From Candidatus Altimarinota bacterium (GTDB taxonomy: Bacteria; Patescibacteriota; Gracilibacteria; 1-14-2-50-48-13), in contig JBKBWQ010000001.1 in assembly GCA_046314355.1 (NCBI GenBank), positions 1,056,001 through 1,120,000 on the forward strand: a stretch of 64,000 nucleotides of DNA, in the 5' to 3' direction. Shown piece after piece: positions 47,922-60,030 of the stretch. The stretch's first letter is position 1; every line of letters begins with the position of its first letter. The position numbers and the translations under genes were made by a program. The notes beneath the pieces are model-generated. The model worked only from the letters and a program-made list of their open reading frames with translations, made no database searches and was not told where the DNA came from.

Positions 47922-49367
47922 ATGGCAGGCATAAAAGTAAACTCATCCTCAGAAGCTCACTATCCAGAGAAAAGATTTAACACTGTTTCAGGCGAGCATT
48001 TTGATATTCAACGTCAAAAGAAAGAGACGAATGAAAAGATTATCAATCTTCCTGATCCGTATGCAGTGACTTATTCAGGAAAGGGACGAGATAATGGTCT
48101 GATTCAAGTAATTGCCACTGATCCTACTAAGAATCCTCTACAAGGTGCACAGAGACCTGATGAAATTCTCGAGAAAAGTAGTAACGCAGTAGTAATTTAT
48201 CTTACTATTGAAAATGGTGTTCCTATGTTTAGGACAGCATATCGTGGAGATGATGGAAATGTACAGGTAAATCCAACTGCAGAAGGACCAACTACAAAAA
48301 AAGATATCTTAGAGCAGCTTTCAAAGGAAAATCTTGTGACAGAAGAGGTAAATGATAAACAAGGAAAGGCTTTTGTACGGGTAAAAATTAAAGTTGAAGG
48401 TGAAACAAAATTTGTAGTAGTGAGAGGGGAGCAGTATACGCTTTTAAGAGAGTATTTGCGCAACCGTAAAAAAGCTCAACAGCAGCCTGCCGAAGGAGAT
48501 ACTCATGTCATTTTTGAAAAAGAAAAGGAATCTGCTCCAGCAGATAAAACAGAAAATCCTGAGATAAAAAAAGCTGTACCAGACTCCGTTATTGATATTA
48601 CTCCGCATATAAATAAGAAGCATGAACAAAAAGCAGCAATAAAGGTAGATACAGTAAGTAATGAAAGCAAGATTACTCAATCTGCTCCAGAAAAAGCCAT
48701 AGAAGCTATCTCTGAGGGAGTATTCACTCCGGTATTAAAAGAGTTAGACAATATTACTGCTGAGGACTTAACTCTTGAGGGACGTACTAAATTTCTGAAA
48801 AAATTTAAAACTCAAAGAATGCTTGTGATTGCTGCCTTTGCATTGGATAGCTGGAAACTTGTAGTAAATAATAAAGATAAAGAAAAACTGGTGTTCAAGA
48901 AAATAAGCGAAAAATTTATAGAAAAGATGCGTGGACTCTTCCCTTCAGTGAAGGCTAAAGCCTTGGAAGCCACTATTATTAGCCAATGGAAGAGATTCCA
49001 GGCGTCTGTTTCAAATATTGCACAGAAATATCCTGTTATTCCTGATCCTAAAGTTGTACCATTTGTGCCAAAAATTCAGGAAGCATCTCACAGAGTTTCA
49101 GAAAATATTAAGATTATCAATGGTGTAGTTGTAAGAACACCGCAGCAGGATGAAAATAAGATTGTAGAAATGGCAGACGTAAAGGAGAGAAAAGAAGCGA
49201 AGAGAGCAGAAAAAATCATAGACTTTCAGAAAAAAGTACATGAAGGTACTGTAAAAAAGACTGCTCAGACAGTTGAAAATTCTAAATCTGAAAAACCTGC
49301 TGCACCAGCAAGTATCTGGGCAAAAGCAAAAGGATTTCTAGGAAAGGTCTTCAAGCGCGCAGCTTAA
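47922..49367 (+). CDS. Hypothetical protein with C-terminal amphipathic helix
   Basis: 481-aa K/E-rich ORF ending SIWAKAKGFLGKVFKRAA. Confidence 0.65.
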   Translation: MAGIKVNSSSEAHYPEKRFNTVSGEHFDIQRQKKETNEKIINLPDPYAVTYSGKGRDNGLIQVIATDPTKNPLQGAQRPDEILEKSSNAVVIYLTIENGVPMFRTAYRGDDGNVQVNPTAEGPTTKKDILEQLSKENLVTEEVNDKQGKAFVRVKIKVEGETKFVVVRGEQYTLLREYLRNRKKAQQQPAEGDTHVIFEKEKESAPADKTENPEIKKAVPDSVIDITPHINKKHEQKAAIKVDTVSNESKITQSAPEKAIEAISEGVFTPVLKELDNITAEDLTLEGRTKFLKKFKTQRMLVIAAFALDSWKLVVNNKDKEKLVFKKISEKFIEKMRGLFPSVKAKALEATIISQWKRFQASVSNIAQKYPVIPDPKVVPFVPKIQEASHRVSENIKIINGVVVRTPQQDENKIVEMADVKERKEAKRAEKIIDFQKKVHEGTVKKTAQTVENSKSEKPAAPASIWAKAKGFLGKVFKRAA

Positions 49368-49549
49368 AGATGAGTGCAGCCCGCAAATGGATTGGAGCCG
49401 TCATCAGTCTTTACGACTTCGACATCTCCGTCCTTTTCGCCGCACTCAGGGGTTGGACATGTAAGATCCACTCCTTCTTTATTGCACTGCACCATTATTC
49501 TAAAGAACTGATGCTTACAGCTTTTGCACGTAACTTTTAATAAAGCCAT
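49364..49549 (-). CDS. Small zinc-ribbon protein
   Basis: CxxC.H.F...CPxxxC pattern. Confidence 0.6.
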   Translation of the reverse strand: MALLKVTCKSCKHQFFRIMVQCNKEGVDLTCPTPECGEKDGDVEVVKTDDGSNPFAGCTHL

Positions 49550-49560
49550 AATTCTTAGTA

Positions 49561-49767
49561 TTATTCAGTAAAATCAATAGCTCCCACAGGACATTCCTGT
49601 TTTGTTTCCTCCAGCTGTTCTTCTGTAACCTCAGAAAAAGCCTTAGAATCCTTTATAAACGCCTTTCCGGTATCTTCTGCTAAATCATATACCTTTTCAC
49701 AAAGAGAAACGCACATACCGCATCCTATGCATAAATCTTGATCTACTTTGGTTTGCTTCTCAGTCAT
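49561..49767 (-). CDS. Ferredoxin (single 4Fe-4S cluster type)
   Basis: CIGCGMC...CPVGAI; own ATG at 49767. Confidence 0.88.
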   Translation of the reverse strand: MTEKQTKVDQDLCIGCGMCVSLCEKVYDLAEDTGKAFIKDSKAFSEVTEEQLEETKQECPVGAIDFTE

Positions 49768-49768
49768 A

Positions 49769-50436
49769 TTAATCTTTAAGTACTTTTTTAATAATAATAG
49801 CAATTCATCATCAGATTGCCATGTAGGTCCCAGCCGGTCAAGAAGAAGAGGCTTCACATTGGAATAGCTATTCAGGAGAAAGCGCAAAGCTCCTATAAGC
49901 CCTTCTTTGTCTTTATTGATACCTCGCGAATAACTCCGCAAAAGATCGTAAATGACGTGAGCTTCACATTGAGGCTGAAAGCTTCCGGATGGCTTGGCAA
50001 TGTATGCTTCAATAGTTGTACAGTTTTTTAGAAGTGCATCTAGCACCATGTACATTCCATCCAGCACCTTGTGCTTTCCCTCTTCGTAACGCACAAGAAT
50101 AGGCAGATGACTAAGAGGTACCTCCTGCACCCATAAATTAAATTCAGGATGTGCAGGTATCAGTTTCCTAAATGCATGCGGCATGTGATCAGCCTCCTCA
50201 ATAAGATATTTGTTCCATTCAGGAGTAACACCTGTGAGCCACAGGTCATCAATATTCATTGTTTTCTTCTGCCAGACAAGACTTGTGTCTGAAATATAAT
50301 CTCCAATCCAGTTGAGGTTTGTACCTGAATGGGCGAGAAGTTCAGTCACTAAAGCGTGATCCTGCTTTGCTGTAAGTGTTTTTTGGAAATGGAGTAGCTG
50401 TTGGAGATACTCTTTATCAGGGAAAGATGTGTCCAT
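49769..50436 (-). CDS. Hypothetical protein with weak ParB/Srx-like motif; reads in-frame into the ferredoxin in this sequence
   Basis: 'PILVR....KVLDG' motif; see the finding on a probable frameshift fusion. Confidence 0.55.
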
Positions 50437-50441
50437 ATGAA

Positions 50442-50924
50442 TTATTGTAATGATTTCAATTCTGCTAAAAACTGTTCTCTAGATAAGTGTACTAACTTTT
50501 TATCTTTCGCAAGAGAGGTGCTGGTTATTTCCTTACCAAACCACTCTGGAGGTACAAATAATTCAGCTTCTTCTTTTGTAGCAAACTCCATCTCAGCCCT
50601 AATCAATCCCTCATAGGTCATATTATAGATCTTTAGACTTGCTCCAGGTATATTCTCAATAATGTAGCTTGTACGGGATAGCCCTTTTGCACAAAGTACT
50701 TTTAGAGCTTCAAATTCATCCTTTGAAAGAGGAACTTTGTATTTTTCATCAGTGAATGCTTCCTGTGAAATCTTCCGCTCTAGTTCATATATCTCTCCTT
50801 TGCGCTGAATACGGATTTCAGATACCGAAGAGGTATAGAGAAAATATCTTTCATATTCAATAGAGTGAAGATGTGAGAGGTCTGGGAGTGTGGCTACTAG
50901 AAACTTTCGTTCGATTTCTGGCAT
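50442..50924 (-). CDS. CYTH-domain (triphosphate tunnel) protein
   Basis: EIERKFLV, AEMEF, PEWFGKEIT. Confidence 0.9.
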   Translation of the reverse strand: MPEIERKFLVATLPDLSHLHSIEYERYFLYTSSVSEIRIQRKGEIYELERKISQEAFTDEKYKVPLSKDEFEALKVLCAKGLSRTSYIIENIPGASLKIYNMTYEGLIRAEMEFATKEEAELFVPPEWFGKEITSTSLAKDKKLVHLSREQFLAELKSLQ

Positions 50925-51508
50925 GGGAGAATGTAGGTGACTTCAAAATATATGCTTTGCAAGAAATGCTTTCCCTGAAGGAGATTTTAAGTATTTCTCA
51001 AAAGAGAGTGCTTTTATTTTAGATGGAATAGCGCAATAGTAAATAATTTTCCATGGTTTAAGCGATTTTGTTGAAGTATTTCGACCAAAGTTATGGTCTT
51101 CAAAGCGTTGTTTTAGATTTTTTGTATATCCAGTATAGTGCTTTAGTTAAAATGTTAGGCTTTGGATTATATATACGTAGTACATATAGAATATTAATTA
51201 TTATCTGCCTTTATCTTAGAAAAAATTTATGTCTAAAACAAAATAAATATTCACAAACTGTTGTTAAGTTTTTAAAACACAAGCAATGAACCTTGAGTAG
51301 ATCCAAGATTCTTATTAATACATATGCGTACCAGAATATACCTATGCATAATGCTTGGGTGTCCCTCTACGCCACAAAACAACCAAAAACTTATAGTTCA
51401 GGTGTAGGCTACGAGGGACATTCTTCGCTGTATATTATAAAAATCTTCGTTTACGAAGATTCATTCCATTCTGGCTGTGCCATTCGTAGCTTCGTGAGAA
51501 GCGAAGAA

Positions 51509-51591
51509 TGGTGCCCAAGAGAGGACTCGAACCTCCACGCCGTAGGCACTGGCTTCTAAGACCAGCGTGTCTACCATTTCACCACCTGGGC
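51509..51591 (-). tRNA. tRNA-Leu(TAG)
   Basis: GCCCAGGTGGTGAAATGGTAGACACGCTGGTCTTAGAAGCCAGTGCCTACGGCGTGGAGGTTCGAGTCCTCTCTTGGGCACCA; long variable arm. Confidence 0.97.
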
Positions 51592-51630
51592 ACATTCCGC
51601 CATTGGCGGACTAGTTACTAATGACTATCA

Positions 51631-51674
51631 CTAGAATCTAGTAGCTCTTTAATTTCAGAGCTACTAGATTCTAG
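51631..51674. terminator. Perfect 18-bp hairpin downstream of secF
   Basis: ctagaatctagtagctct-N8-agagctactagattctag; no clear U-tract. Confidence 0.55.
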
Positions 51675-51684
51675 GGTATAACTA

Positions 51685-52647
51685 TTATTTTCTCAAGAGA
51701 TAATTCTTGAAAGTCACAAGCATAGGAGATGCAAGGAAGATTGATGAGTATGTACCGATGATTACACCGATAAATAGAGCGAAGATAAATGACTTAAGAG
51801 CATCAGGTCCTAGGATCAAAAGTGCTCCTAGTGTAATAAGTACAGTCATAGAAGTATGAAGACTTCGTGCCATTGTCTGCCAGATACTGTCTTCTGTGAT
51901 ACTTTCTATGGTCTCTCCTTTTTTCTGGCGAGCCATATTTTCTCGTACTCTATCAAACACTACGATCGTATCGTTTACTGAGTATCCAAGAATAGTAAGA
52001 AGAGCCGTGATGAAGTATGGTCCCATTTCGATATGAAAGAAGTGTCCAAGGAATACAAATACTCCAATCAACACGATAATATCATGTAAGAGTGCACCAA
52101 TAGTATTAATTCCAAATACCCATGGATTATAATTCTTTGGAAGCTTTCTAAAGGCGAATACAATGTAGAGAACGATTGCGATGACAGAGAGAAGAGTTGC
52201 CCAGATCGCTCTTTCTTTTAGTACTTGTCCTACGCTTGCACTGATAACCTGACTAGACTCTTTATCAGCACTATATTTTTCTGCAACTTTCTTTGTGAGA
52301 GCAGTTTCAAATTCAAGGTATTTTCCCTGCTCAGCTGCATTTGTAGGAACACGGTATCTAATATCCATATTCTTCTCACCTGCAGGTATCACAGTTGGAT
52401 TACCAATGTCTATTTTCTCATTGTCAGCTTTTCCATTGTTGAACTCAGTCTGAGCAGCTAATGTAAAATCCTTAATCTCAGAAGTGCTTGGCACAGTTCC
52501 TGGGAAACTATATTCTACTAGAATTCCTCCTGTAAAATGAAGACTTAGATTAAATCCCCAAAGTGCTGTTCCTAAGATGGAAAGTACTACGAGAACTGTA
52601 GAGATAGAATACCAGACTTTACGGTTTGCAACGATTGGGAATTTCAT
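51685..52647 (-). CDS. secF: Protein translocase subunit SecF
   Basis: FTGG, LLHD, GYSVNDTIVVFDRVRE, GTYSSIF. Confidence 0.96.
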   Translation of the reverse strand: MKFPIVANRKVWYSISTVLVVLSILGTALWGFNLSLHFTGGILVEYSFPGTVPSTSEIKDFTLAAQTEFNNGKADNEKIDIGNPTVIPAGEKNMDIRYRVPTNAAEQGKYLEFETALTKKVAEKYSADKESSQVISASVGQVLKERAIWATLLSVIAIVLYIVFAFRKLPKNYNPWVFGINTIGALLHDIIVLIGVFVFLGHFFHIEMGPYFITALLTILGYSVNDTIVVFDRVRENMARQKKGETIESITEDSIWQTMARSLHTSMTVLITLGALLILGPDALKSFIFALFIGVIIGTYSSIFLASPMLVTFKNYLLRK

Positions 52648-52729
52648 AATAAAAGTTAAATAGAATTCAAATAGTGGGTTCTTTACTGTATCTTATGTAA
52701 GATTTAGCTGTTCGCAAGAAAAAATGCAT

Positions 52730-54667
<1,938 letters not shown>

Positions 54668-54704
54668 TCAAAGAGAGCAAGTAAAGCTCACAGACCTTCT
54701 GGAC

Positions 54705-56072
54705 CTACAAAAAATAAAACATATAGAAAATAATTCCGGCAAGTATTGCAAAGCTTCCAAAGAGAAGCCTTCGATTCTTTGGATGAGCTTTCCATATCAG
54801 CAGTACTGTATGAAAAAGAAGGAAAGAAAGAATGATTTTCAAATTGAATGCTTGAGTGCCGATAGCCGCGAATAAGCTTGCTATATCTAAAGTTCCTAAA
54901 ATAAAAGGTTTATTGTTGAGGAAAAACTGCTCCCCGCTAACTGCCACAAGAAGATAAAACATACAAAGCCACTCAGTCATGTTTGGAAGCTCCTGTAGTA
55001 TGGCATGCTCAGAGGATACATGCAGAGGTGGATAGATATCGCTGTGAGCTATCTCTTCCCTTTTAAGTTTTTCAATATCTGCTTCTATAGCTTTTACCTG
55101 TTCCTTTTTTTCCTGATATCGGACAAAAGATGTCTTTAGCTCTTCAAAATTATCTGCACTTGGTGCTGCTGCTGTTTTCTTTGTTTGTGATGCAAGATTC
55201 TTTCCCATGGTCTCTAGTTCCCGCTGTCCCTGATTGAAGTTGCCAAAGATCATGTTCTGCTGAGGTTTAGGCTCTTCTATTACTACTGGCTTTACCGGTT
55301 CGGGATTCAGTCTTACCTTGATCTGTTCAATCTTTTTTAAGAGTTGTACTGTAGGAACCAGAACTTTTTTGATCTTATCTCTAGAAAACGCGTTATCAAT
55401 AGTATCCTCTATAAAGGAAAGTTCACGAAGCAGATATGCTAAAAAATCATATTTCTGATCTACGGTAGTATTAGGTCTGCCTAAAAGTACAGCAATGGTT
55501 GTATGAACGCTTTCAATATCTTCCTGATAATTTTTATCAAGCAGTAGAGGTTTTGTAGTTTCCTGAATATTTCTCAGTAGATCTTTAAAGTCTCTATCTA
55601 GCAGATTAGCTATCTGTGCTGATTCATCGATAGTAACTTTTTTCTCACTAAAGAACTTTTTAGTCTGGGATTTTAAATCCTGTGATTTCTTAAGGGAGTC
55701 ATATTTATCCTTAATTTTATCTGTCATTGCTTCAAACTGCATTCGGAGCGGCTGAAGCTCTCTATTTCCCTCTACAAGAATACTTACGGTGAGTCTATGT
55801 TCTTCCACGAGCTCTTTATAGGCATCCAGATCGGTAAGATGTTCTATTGTTCCTTCCATCTTTGTATCATCTTGCCTCACAGCCGAGAATGAAAAAAACT
55901 TCCTTCTGTCTAGAAGGTTGACGTTTGCGAGTGTAAATGTGTCTATGGATAGAATCTGCTTTACACCAGTGGTCTGAAATTTCTTTGCAATAGAATCCTT
56001 ACTCTCCCCTTCGATATAACCGATGCGGGTTTTTCCTGACTGGTCGAGGAGGATGTATTTAAATAGCTGCAT
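54705..56072 (-). CDS. Hypothetical protein: PilC-N-like start, coiled coil, C-terminal TMs
   Basis: 'MQLFKYILLDQSGKTRIGYIEGES' start; three C-terminal hydrophobic segments. Confidence 0.6.
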   Translation of the reverse strand: MQLFKYILLDQSGKTRIGYIEGESKDSIAKKFQTTGVKQILSIDTFTLANVNLLDRRKFFSFSAVRQDDTKMEGTIEHLTDLDAYKELVEEHRLTVSILVEGNRELQPLRMQFEAMTDKIKDKYDSLKKSQDLKSQTKKFFSEKKVTIDESAQIANLLDRDFKDLLRNIQETTKPLLLDKNYQEDIESVHTTIAVLLGRPNTTVDQKYDFLAYLLRELSFIEDTIDNAFSRDKIKKVLVPTVQLLKKIEQIKVRLNPEPVKPVVIEEPKPQQNMIFGNFNQGQRELETMGKNLASQTKKTAAAPSADNFEELKTSFVRYQEKKEQVKAIEADIEKLKREEIAHSDIYPPLHVSSEHAILQELPNMTEWLCMFYLLVAVSGEQFFLNNKPFILGTLDIASLFAAIGTQAFNLKIILSFLLFHTVLLIWKAHPKNRRLLFGSFAILAGIIFYMFYFL

Positions 56073-56149
56073 AAAAATAATGAGTTGCGGAGGGGGAGGA
56101 TTTCTTCTACAAGAAGAGAAAATATCATTCGTGCAAGTTTTGCCTTATA

Positions 56150-57343
56150 CTAGGAGATTTCTTCATTTTCATCAATACATTTCTCAATTATACCCTGTCC
56201 AAGTATTCTTTCTCCCTCTTGAAGTACTGCCACTTGTCCGGGTGTGATAGCAAAAACTCCTTCGAAGAACTCTAAAAGGTAATGTTCTCCATCAAGTAGA
56301 GGAGTAAGTACTCCTCTACTTGATGTCATACGGTACCTTATCTTTGCCTGAACTAATCTGTCTGCAGGTTTTTTTGAAATAAAGTGTACATTTTTTAACA
56401 AAAGTCTTTTCTGATACAAGGCACTTTTTGGTCCTACAATTACCTGATTTTTTAAATGATCTATTTTTACTACAAAATACGGCTCTGAAAGCCCACCTAT
56501 ATTCAGACCTTTTCTCTGGCCGATAGTGTAATAAATTGTACCCTCATGCTTCCCTACTGCTTTACCATCAGTAGTTACTATTTCTCCAGGCACTCGGTAC
56601 TCTTTTTCTAGGTTTCTTTCAAGAAATGAATGTGGAGTCTTCTCTCCAAAGAAGCAAAGCCCCTGACTTTCCTTATATGTTTTTTTATAAGCAGTAAGTC
56701 CTTCCCTTTCAGCAATATCACGCACTTTTGACTTCTCGTAAGTGCCTAAGGGTAGAATAACATGTGAGAGCTGTTCTTGAGATAATGCAGAAAGAAAGTA
56801 TGACTGATCCTTTGTTTTGTCTACTGCTTCATGGAGCTCATATTCTTCTGTAACATTATTGAATTGTATCTGAGAATAATGACCAGTAGCGATTTTAGTT
56901 GCACCTATCTTTTTTGCAAAATCAAGAAGCTCGCCGAATTTTATATATTTATTACACTCCGTACAGGGATTTGGAGTAAGCCCTTCTCGAAATCCCTCAA
57001 GATAGTAGTCTACTATATGTTCTTTAAAAGGAGCTTTAACATTATAAGTATAGAATGGAATATTTAAGAATTTACATATTTCACGTGAAAGCAGCAGGCT
57101 TTCATCAGAGCAGCATTTATTCTCTACAATCTTTTTGAAGCGATTAGGTACACGGGTATTTTCAGGACTAAGATCCTCAGCTCCTTCAAGTTTTTGAATC
57201 GTATTTATTGGGCAGATATCTTCTGTCCAGTACTGCATTTGTACTCCTACGCAGTTGTAACCTGCTTTAGTTAGCAGTAGTGCTGTAACTGACGAATCTA
57301 TTCCTCCAGACATTCCCACCACGACTATTTCTTTGTCTATCAC
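56150..57343 (-). CDS. mnmA: tRNA 2-thiouridylase
   Basis: MSGGIDSS, TPNPC..CN..IKF, ATGHY, KDQSYFL, ESQGLCF, YTIGQRKG, TPGQ. Confidence 0.96.
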   Translation of the reverse strand: MIDKEIVVVGMSGGIDSSVTALLLTKAGYNCVGVQMQYWTEDICPINTIQKLEGAEDLSPENTRVPNRFKKIVENKCCSDESLLLSREICKFLNIPFYTYNVKAPFKEHIVDYYLEGFREGLTPNPCTECNKYIKFGELLDFAKKIGATKIATGHYSQIQFNNVTEEYELHEAVDKTKDQSYFLSALSQEQLSHVILPLGTYEKSKVRDIAEREGLTAYKKTYKESQGLCFFGEKTPHSFLERNLEKEYRVPGEIVTTDGKAVGKHEGTIYYTIGQRKGLNIGGLSEPYFVVKIDHLKNQVIVGPKSALYQKRLLLKNVHFISKKPADRLVQAKIRYRMTSSRGVLTPLLDGEHYLLEFFEGVFAITPGQVAVLQEGERILGQGIIEKCIDENEEIS

Positions 57344-57824
57344 ATTAATCTATAAGCTATAAAACGATTATAGGATACTTTTTCTTTAAGAAATGTCTAG
57401 GGTGGTCCAATTGATGGTAGAATAGCATTTTATTCTTGTAATGTTTTTTATTGTTTTTCATTACTTAAATTAGGAATATGTAAGTAATAATATTGTCTAT
57501 ATTCCTACTTAAGAAATAAAGAAATTTAGTAGTAAAAATGTATAAATTTATAGAAGCATCTATGAATAGACATTAGAAAGATGTCTATATTTGTCTACCT
57601 TAGAGATATTCTTGATTTGTTTATAGTAAACAAATTATAGAAATAGACATAAGAATTACTACAAACAACAATGGACATTTTCTGTTAGAAGTAGACATAA
57701 AAAAATACAATTTTCTGAAAAAATATAGTGTATTTATTTTAGCCTAGTAATTGTCTATATTTTTTAAATTATTATTTGTAAATATGTTTACTGCAAATGT
57801 ATTTATTGGTGTCTACTTTGTCTA
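57334..57824. repeat. AT-rich intergenic region with a dense TGTCTA/TAGACA cluster
   Basis: 11 exact copies counted by eye in about 490 bp. Confidence 0.7.
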
Positions 57825-58697
57825 CTATTGATAGATTGCAACTGATAATAAATCAGGACTTTGATCTTGAGGGAAAGTTACCTTTCTTTTTATCTCAAGA
57901 TTGTTGTATCTACCAACAGTAGTGATAGTTTTATTAAAGGACGCTATGGTGTTAGCTGTATCTGATGAAATATGGAGATATATCTCTGGAGTAGACATGC
58001 TTGATGTGACTGGAGAGATTAAATTCGCAACCATATAATTTTCCTTATGTGTTGAAATGAAATCCCTAAGGCTTACCTGGCTCTTAGAGGTACCGGCTGA
58101 ATTCTTTTGATAAAAAATTGGAGCCTGACCTAGTGCAGTTGGAGTGTCTGGACAAGCCACATGAGCAGTGACCGTTTCATACTCTGTGCCATTTTTTCCC
58201 GTAAGTCGAAGCTCCATACACTCGTTGGCTGCAGACAAAGGTTTATAAGTGGTGGCAAGTGGTCCATCAATCCAGTAATTCAATGAGACATTACTTAAAT
58301 CTTTAATAGTATTTTTATCTTCAAAGAAAAGAGCAAACTGTCTTTTATTGTTACTTATTGGGACTGTAATCTTATTGTCGGGATCTTGGCTACTTCTATA
58401 TTCTATCTTATACCCAAGATTACTAGCGGAAGGGTAATTGATTTGGCTGCCCTGGAATAGCTGAGTACTTTCATAACCTTCACGGTGCATTTTTAGATCA
58501 TAAAGGGCAAGTTCAAAGGCGCTTTCAGAATTATAACCAGCCTGTACGCTCTGAGTGATATAACTGTTTATTCTAAATATACGGGTTACTAAAGCACTTA
58601 TACCTATTATTAGTATGAGCATCAGCGCAATGTATAGTAGTGAAAATGCAAGTGCAGATCCCTGTTTGTTGTTTGTGAACATAGATTTTATTTGCAT
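57825..58697 (-). CDS. PilX-like minor pilin
   Basis: 'KQGSAL' prepilin-like site, TM, 'A.Y.SESA.E.AL'. Confidence 0.7.
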   Translation of the reverse strand: MQIKSMFTNNKQGSALAFSLLYIALMLILIIGISALVTRIFRINSYITQSVQAGYNSESAFELALYDLKMHREGYESTQLFQGSQINYPSASNLGYKIEYRSSQDPDNKITVPISNNKRQFALFFEDKNTIKDLSNVSLNYWIDGPLATTYKPLSAANECMELRLTGKNGTEYETVTAHVACPDTPTALGQAPIFYQKNSAGTSKSQVSLRDFISTHKENYMVANLISPVTSSMSTPEIYLHISSDTANTIASFNKTITTVGRYNNLEIKRKVTFPQDQSPDLLSVAIYQ

Positions 58698-59335
58698 GAT
58701 TGTGAAAATTGTAATGGATCTTCAGGAGTACTAAAGGTCGTCTGTAGATAAGATGAAGTCTGTACATTATCTCCCCGCAGTTTTGGTACATACACTACTG
58801 TAGCGCTGAAGGTTAAGGCTGGGATATATTTACATCGTGAGAGGGAAGTACTTGGGCTTTTGATAAAGTGAGGGTTTGTCAGTACGAAATTATCACTTAT
58901 ATATGGCTCTGGTTCTTCATTATCAACTTTTCTGATAAGTGTATAGACATCCTTACCCTTAAGAGTTTCAGTGAGTTTTCTGTCTTTATAGTAAGTGTCT
59001 ATATCGCTGTTTTTCATTATCTCAAGAGTATAGACAATTCTTTTAGTACCGTCATTATTCTGCAAGGTGAACGAATTAAGAGCTTCGGCATTATTGGAAG
59101 TATTAATTTCGGTATTATTGGAAGTGTCAATTTTTAACTCATCAATATCTGTAGAGAGGGCATTGAGGATCTTTGAAGAATACAGTGTTAGCTCTCTGTT
59201 TACTTCAATTTGATGGGATATTTTCAGTACAGTCAGAAATCCCTGGGTGAGCATAGTGAAAATGAGAAGAAAAATCGCTATGCTTATGATGAGCTCCATT
59301 AGAGTAAATCCTTTTTTTATAGTCATGTGTATCAT
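58688..59335 (-). CDS. Type IV prepilin-like protein (PilW-like)
   Basis: KKGFTLMELIISIAI. Confidence 0.85.
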   Translation of the reverse strand: MIHMTIKKGFTLMELIISIAIFLLIFTMLTQGFLTVLKISHQIEVNRELTLYSSKILNALSTDIDELKIDTSNNTEINTSNNAEALNSFTLQNNDGTKRIVYTLEIMKNSDIDTYYKDRKLTETLKGKDVYTLIRKVDNEEPEPYISDNFVLTNPHFIKSPSTSLSRCKYIPALTFSATVVYVPKLRGDNVQTSSYLQTTFSTPEDPLQFSQSCK

Positions 59336-60030
59336 ATGGTAGTGCTCCAGCGTGTAAAAATCTTTTTAAGCTCAGATACTCTTAGTTCTCCTCCTTCAAG
59401 CCAAAAGGCTCTAGAGGTCACTTCAAGTATGTCATCGTTATTAAGGATATGTTGTGAAGTGCCTGCAGCAGGAAGATTGTAGTCTGAATGAGATTTAATC
59501 TCTAATGTTATGACTCTGCCGTAGTGTTTGAGAGATTTGTCAGTAGGAGTAGAAGTAGTGTGCTTTAGAATCTCTGATCCATCAGCAAGAGTTGTTTTTG
59601 CTAAGTATATTCCTGAAAGCAAGGCATTTTTTTGTGCAATATCTTTTAATGATGATGCAGATTCATATTCAGTACATTCTTTTGGAGCGAGACTGAGTTT
59701 CCATGGTGTATTTCCTGATAGATCAGGCTCCACAAGGATACAGACTTTTTTATTATTCTTAAGTCTCTGAGAAAAAATATCGTTTGTCTGCCACTTAGCA
59801 TCCGTTTCAGGCAGTGTCCAAGTGAGGTGTCCTATAAGATTTGCACCTCGTATGTTTTCCATGATTTCTATTCCTTCTCTTGCAATATTCGTTCCTTCAA
59901 AGCTGTGCAGTACATAAGTAGACATCTTTGTGGTAAAACTTACTAGTGCAAAGATAGCTGTAGATGCAAGCATGAATACAGTAATCGCAATCAATATATC
60001 TGGGAGGCTAAAGCCTTTTTTATAGATCAT
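59332..60030 (-). CDS. Type IV prepilin-like protein (PilV-like)
   Basis: KKGFSLPDILIA; 'AREGIE..ENIR'. Confidence 0.8.
   Translation of the reverse strand: MIYKKGFSLPDILIAITVFMLASTAIFALVSFTTKMSTYVLHSFEGTNIAREGIEIMENIRGANLIGHLTWTLPETDAKWQTNDIFSQRLKNNKKVCILVEPDLSGNTPWKLSLAPKECTEYESASSLKDIAQKNALLSGIYLAKTTLADGSEILKHTTSTPTDKSLKHYGRVITLEIKSHSDYNLPAAGTSQHILNNDDILEVTSRAFWLEGGELRVSELKKIFTRWSTTI

Noticed and set aside
50930-51470. Remnant island downstream of tRNA-Leu
   Set aside because: AT-rich, but there is no duplicated tRNA 3' end, integrase fragment or credible ORF.
51596-51610. TCCGCCATTGGCGGA palindrome upstream of tRNA-Leu
   Set aside because: Only one short copy was noticed in the window, too little to assign a role.
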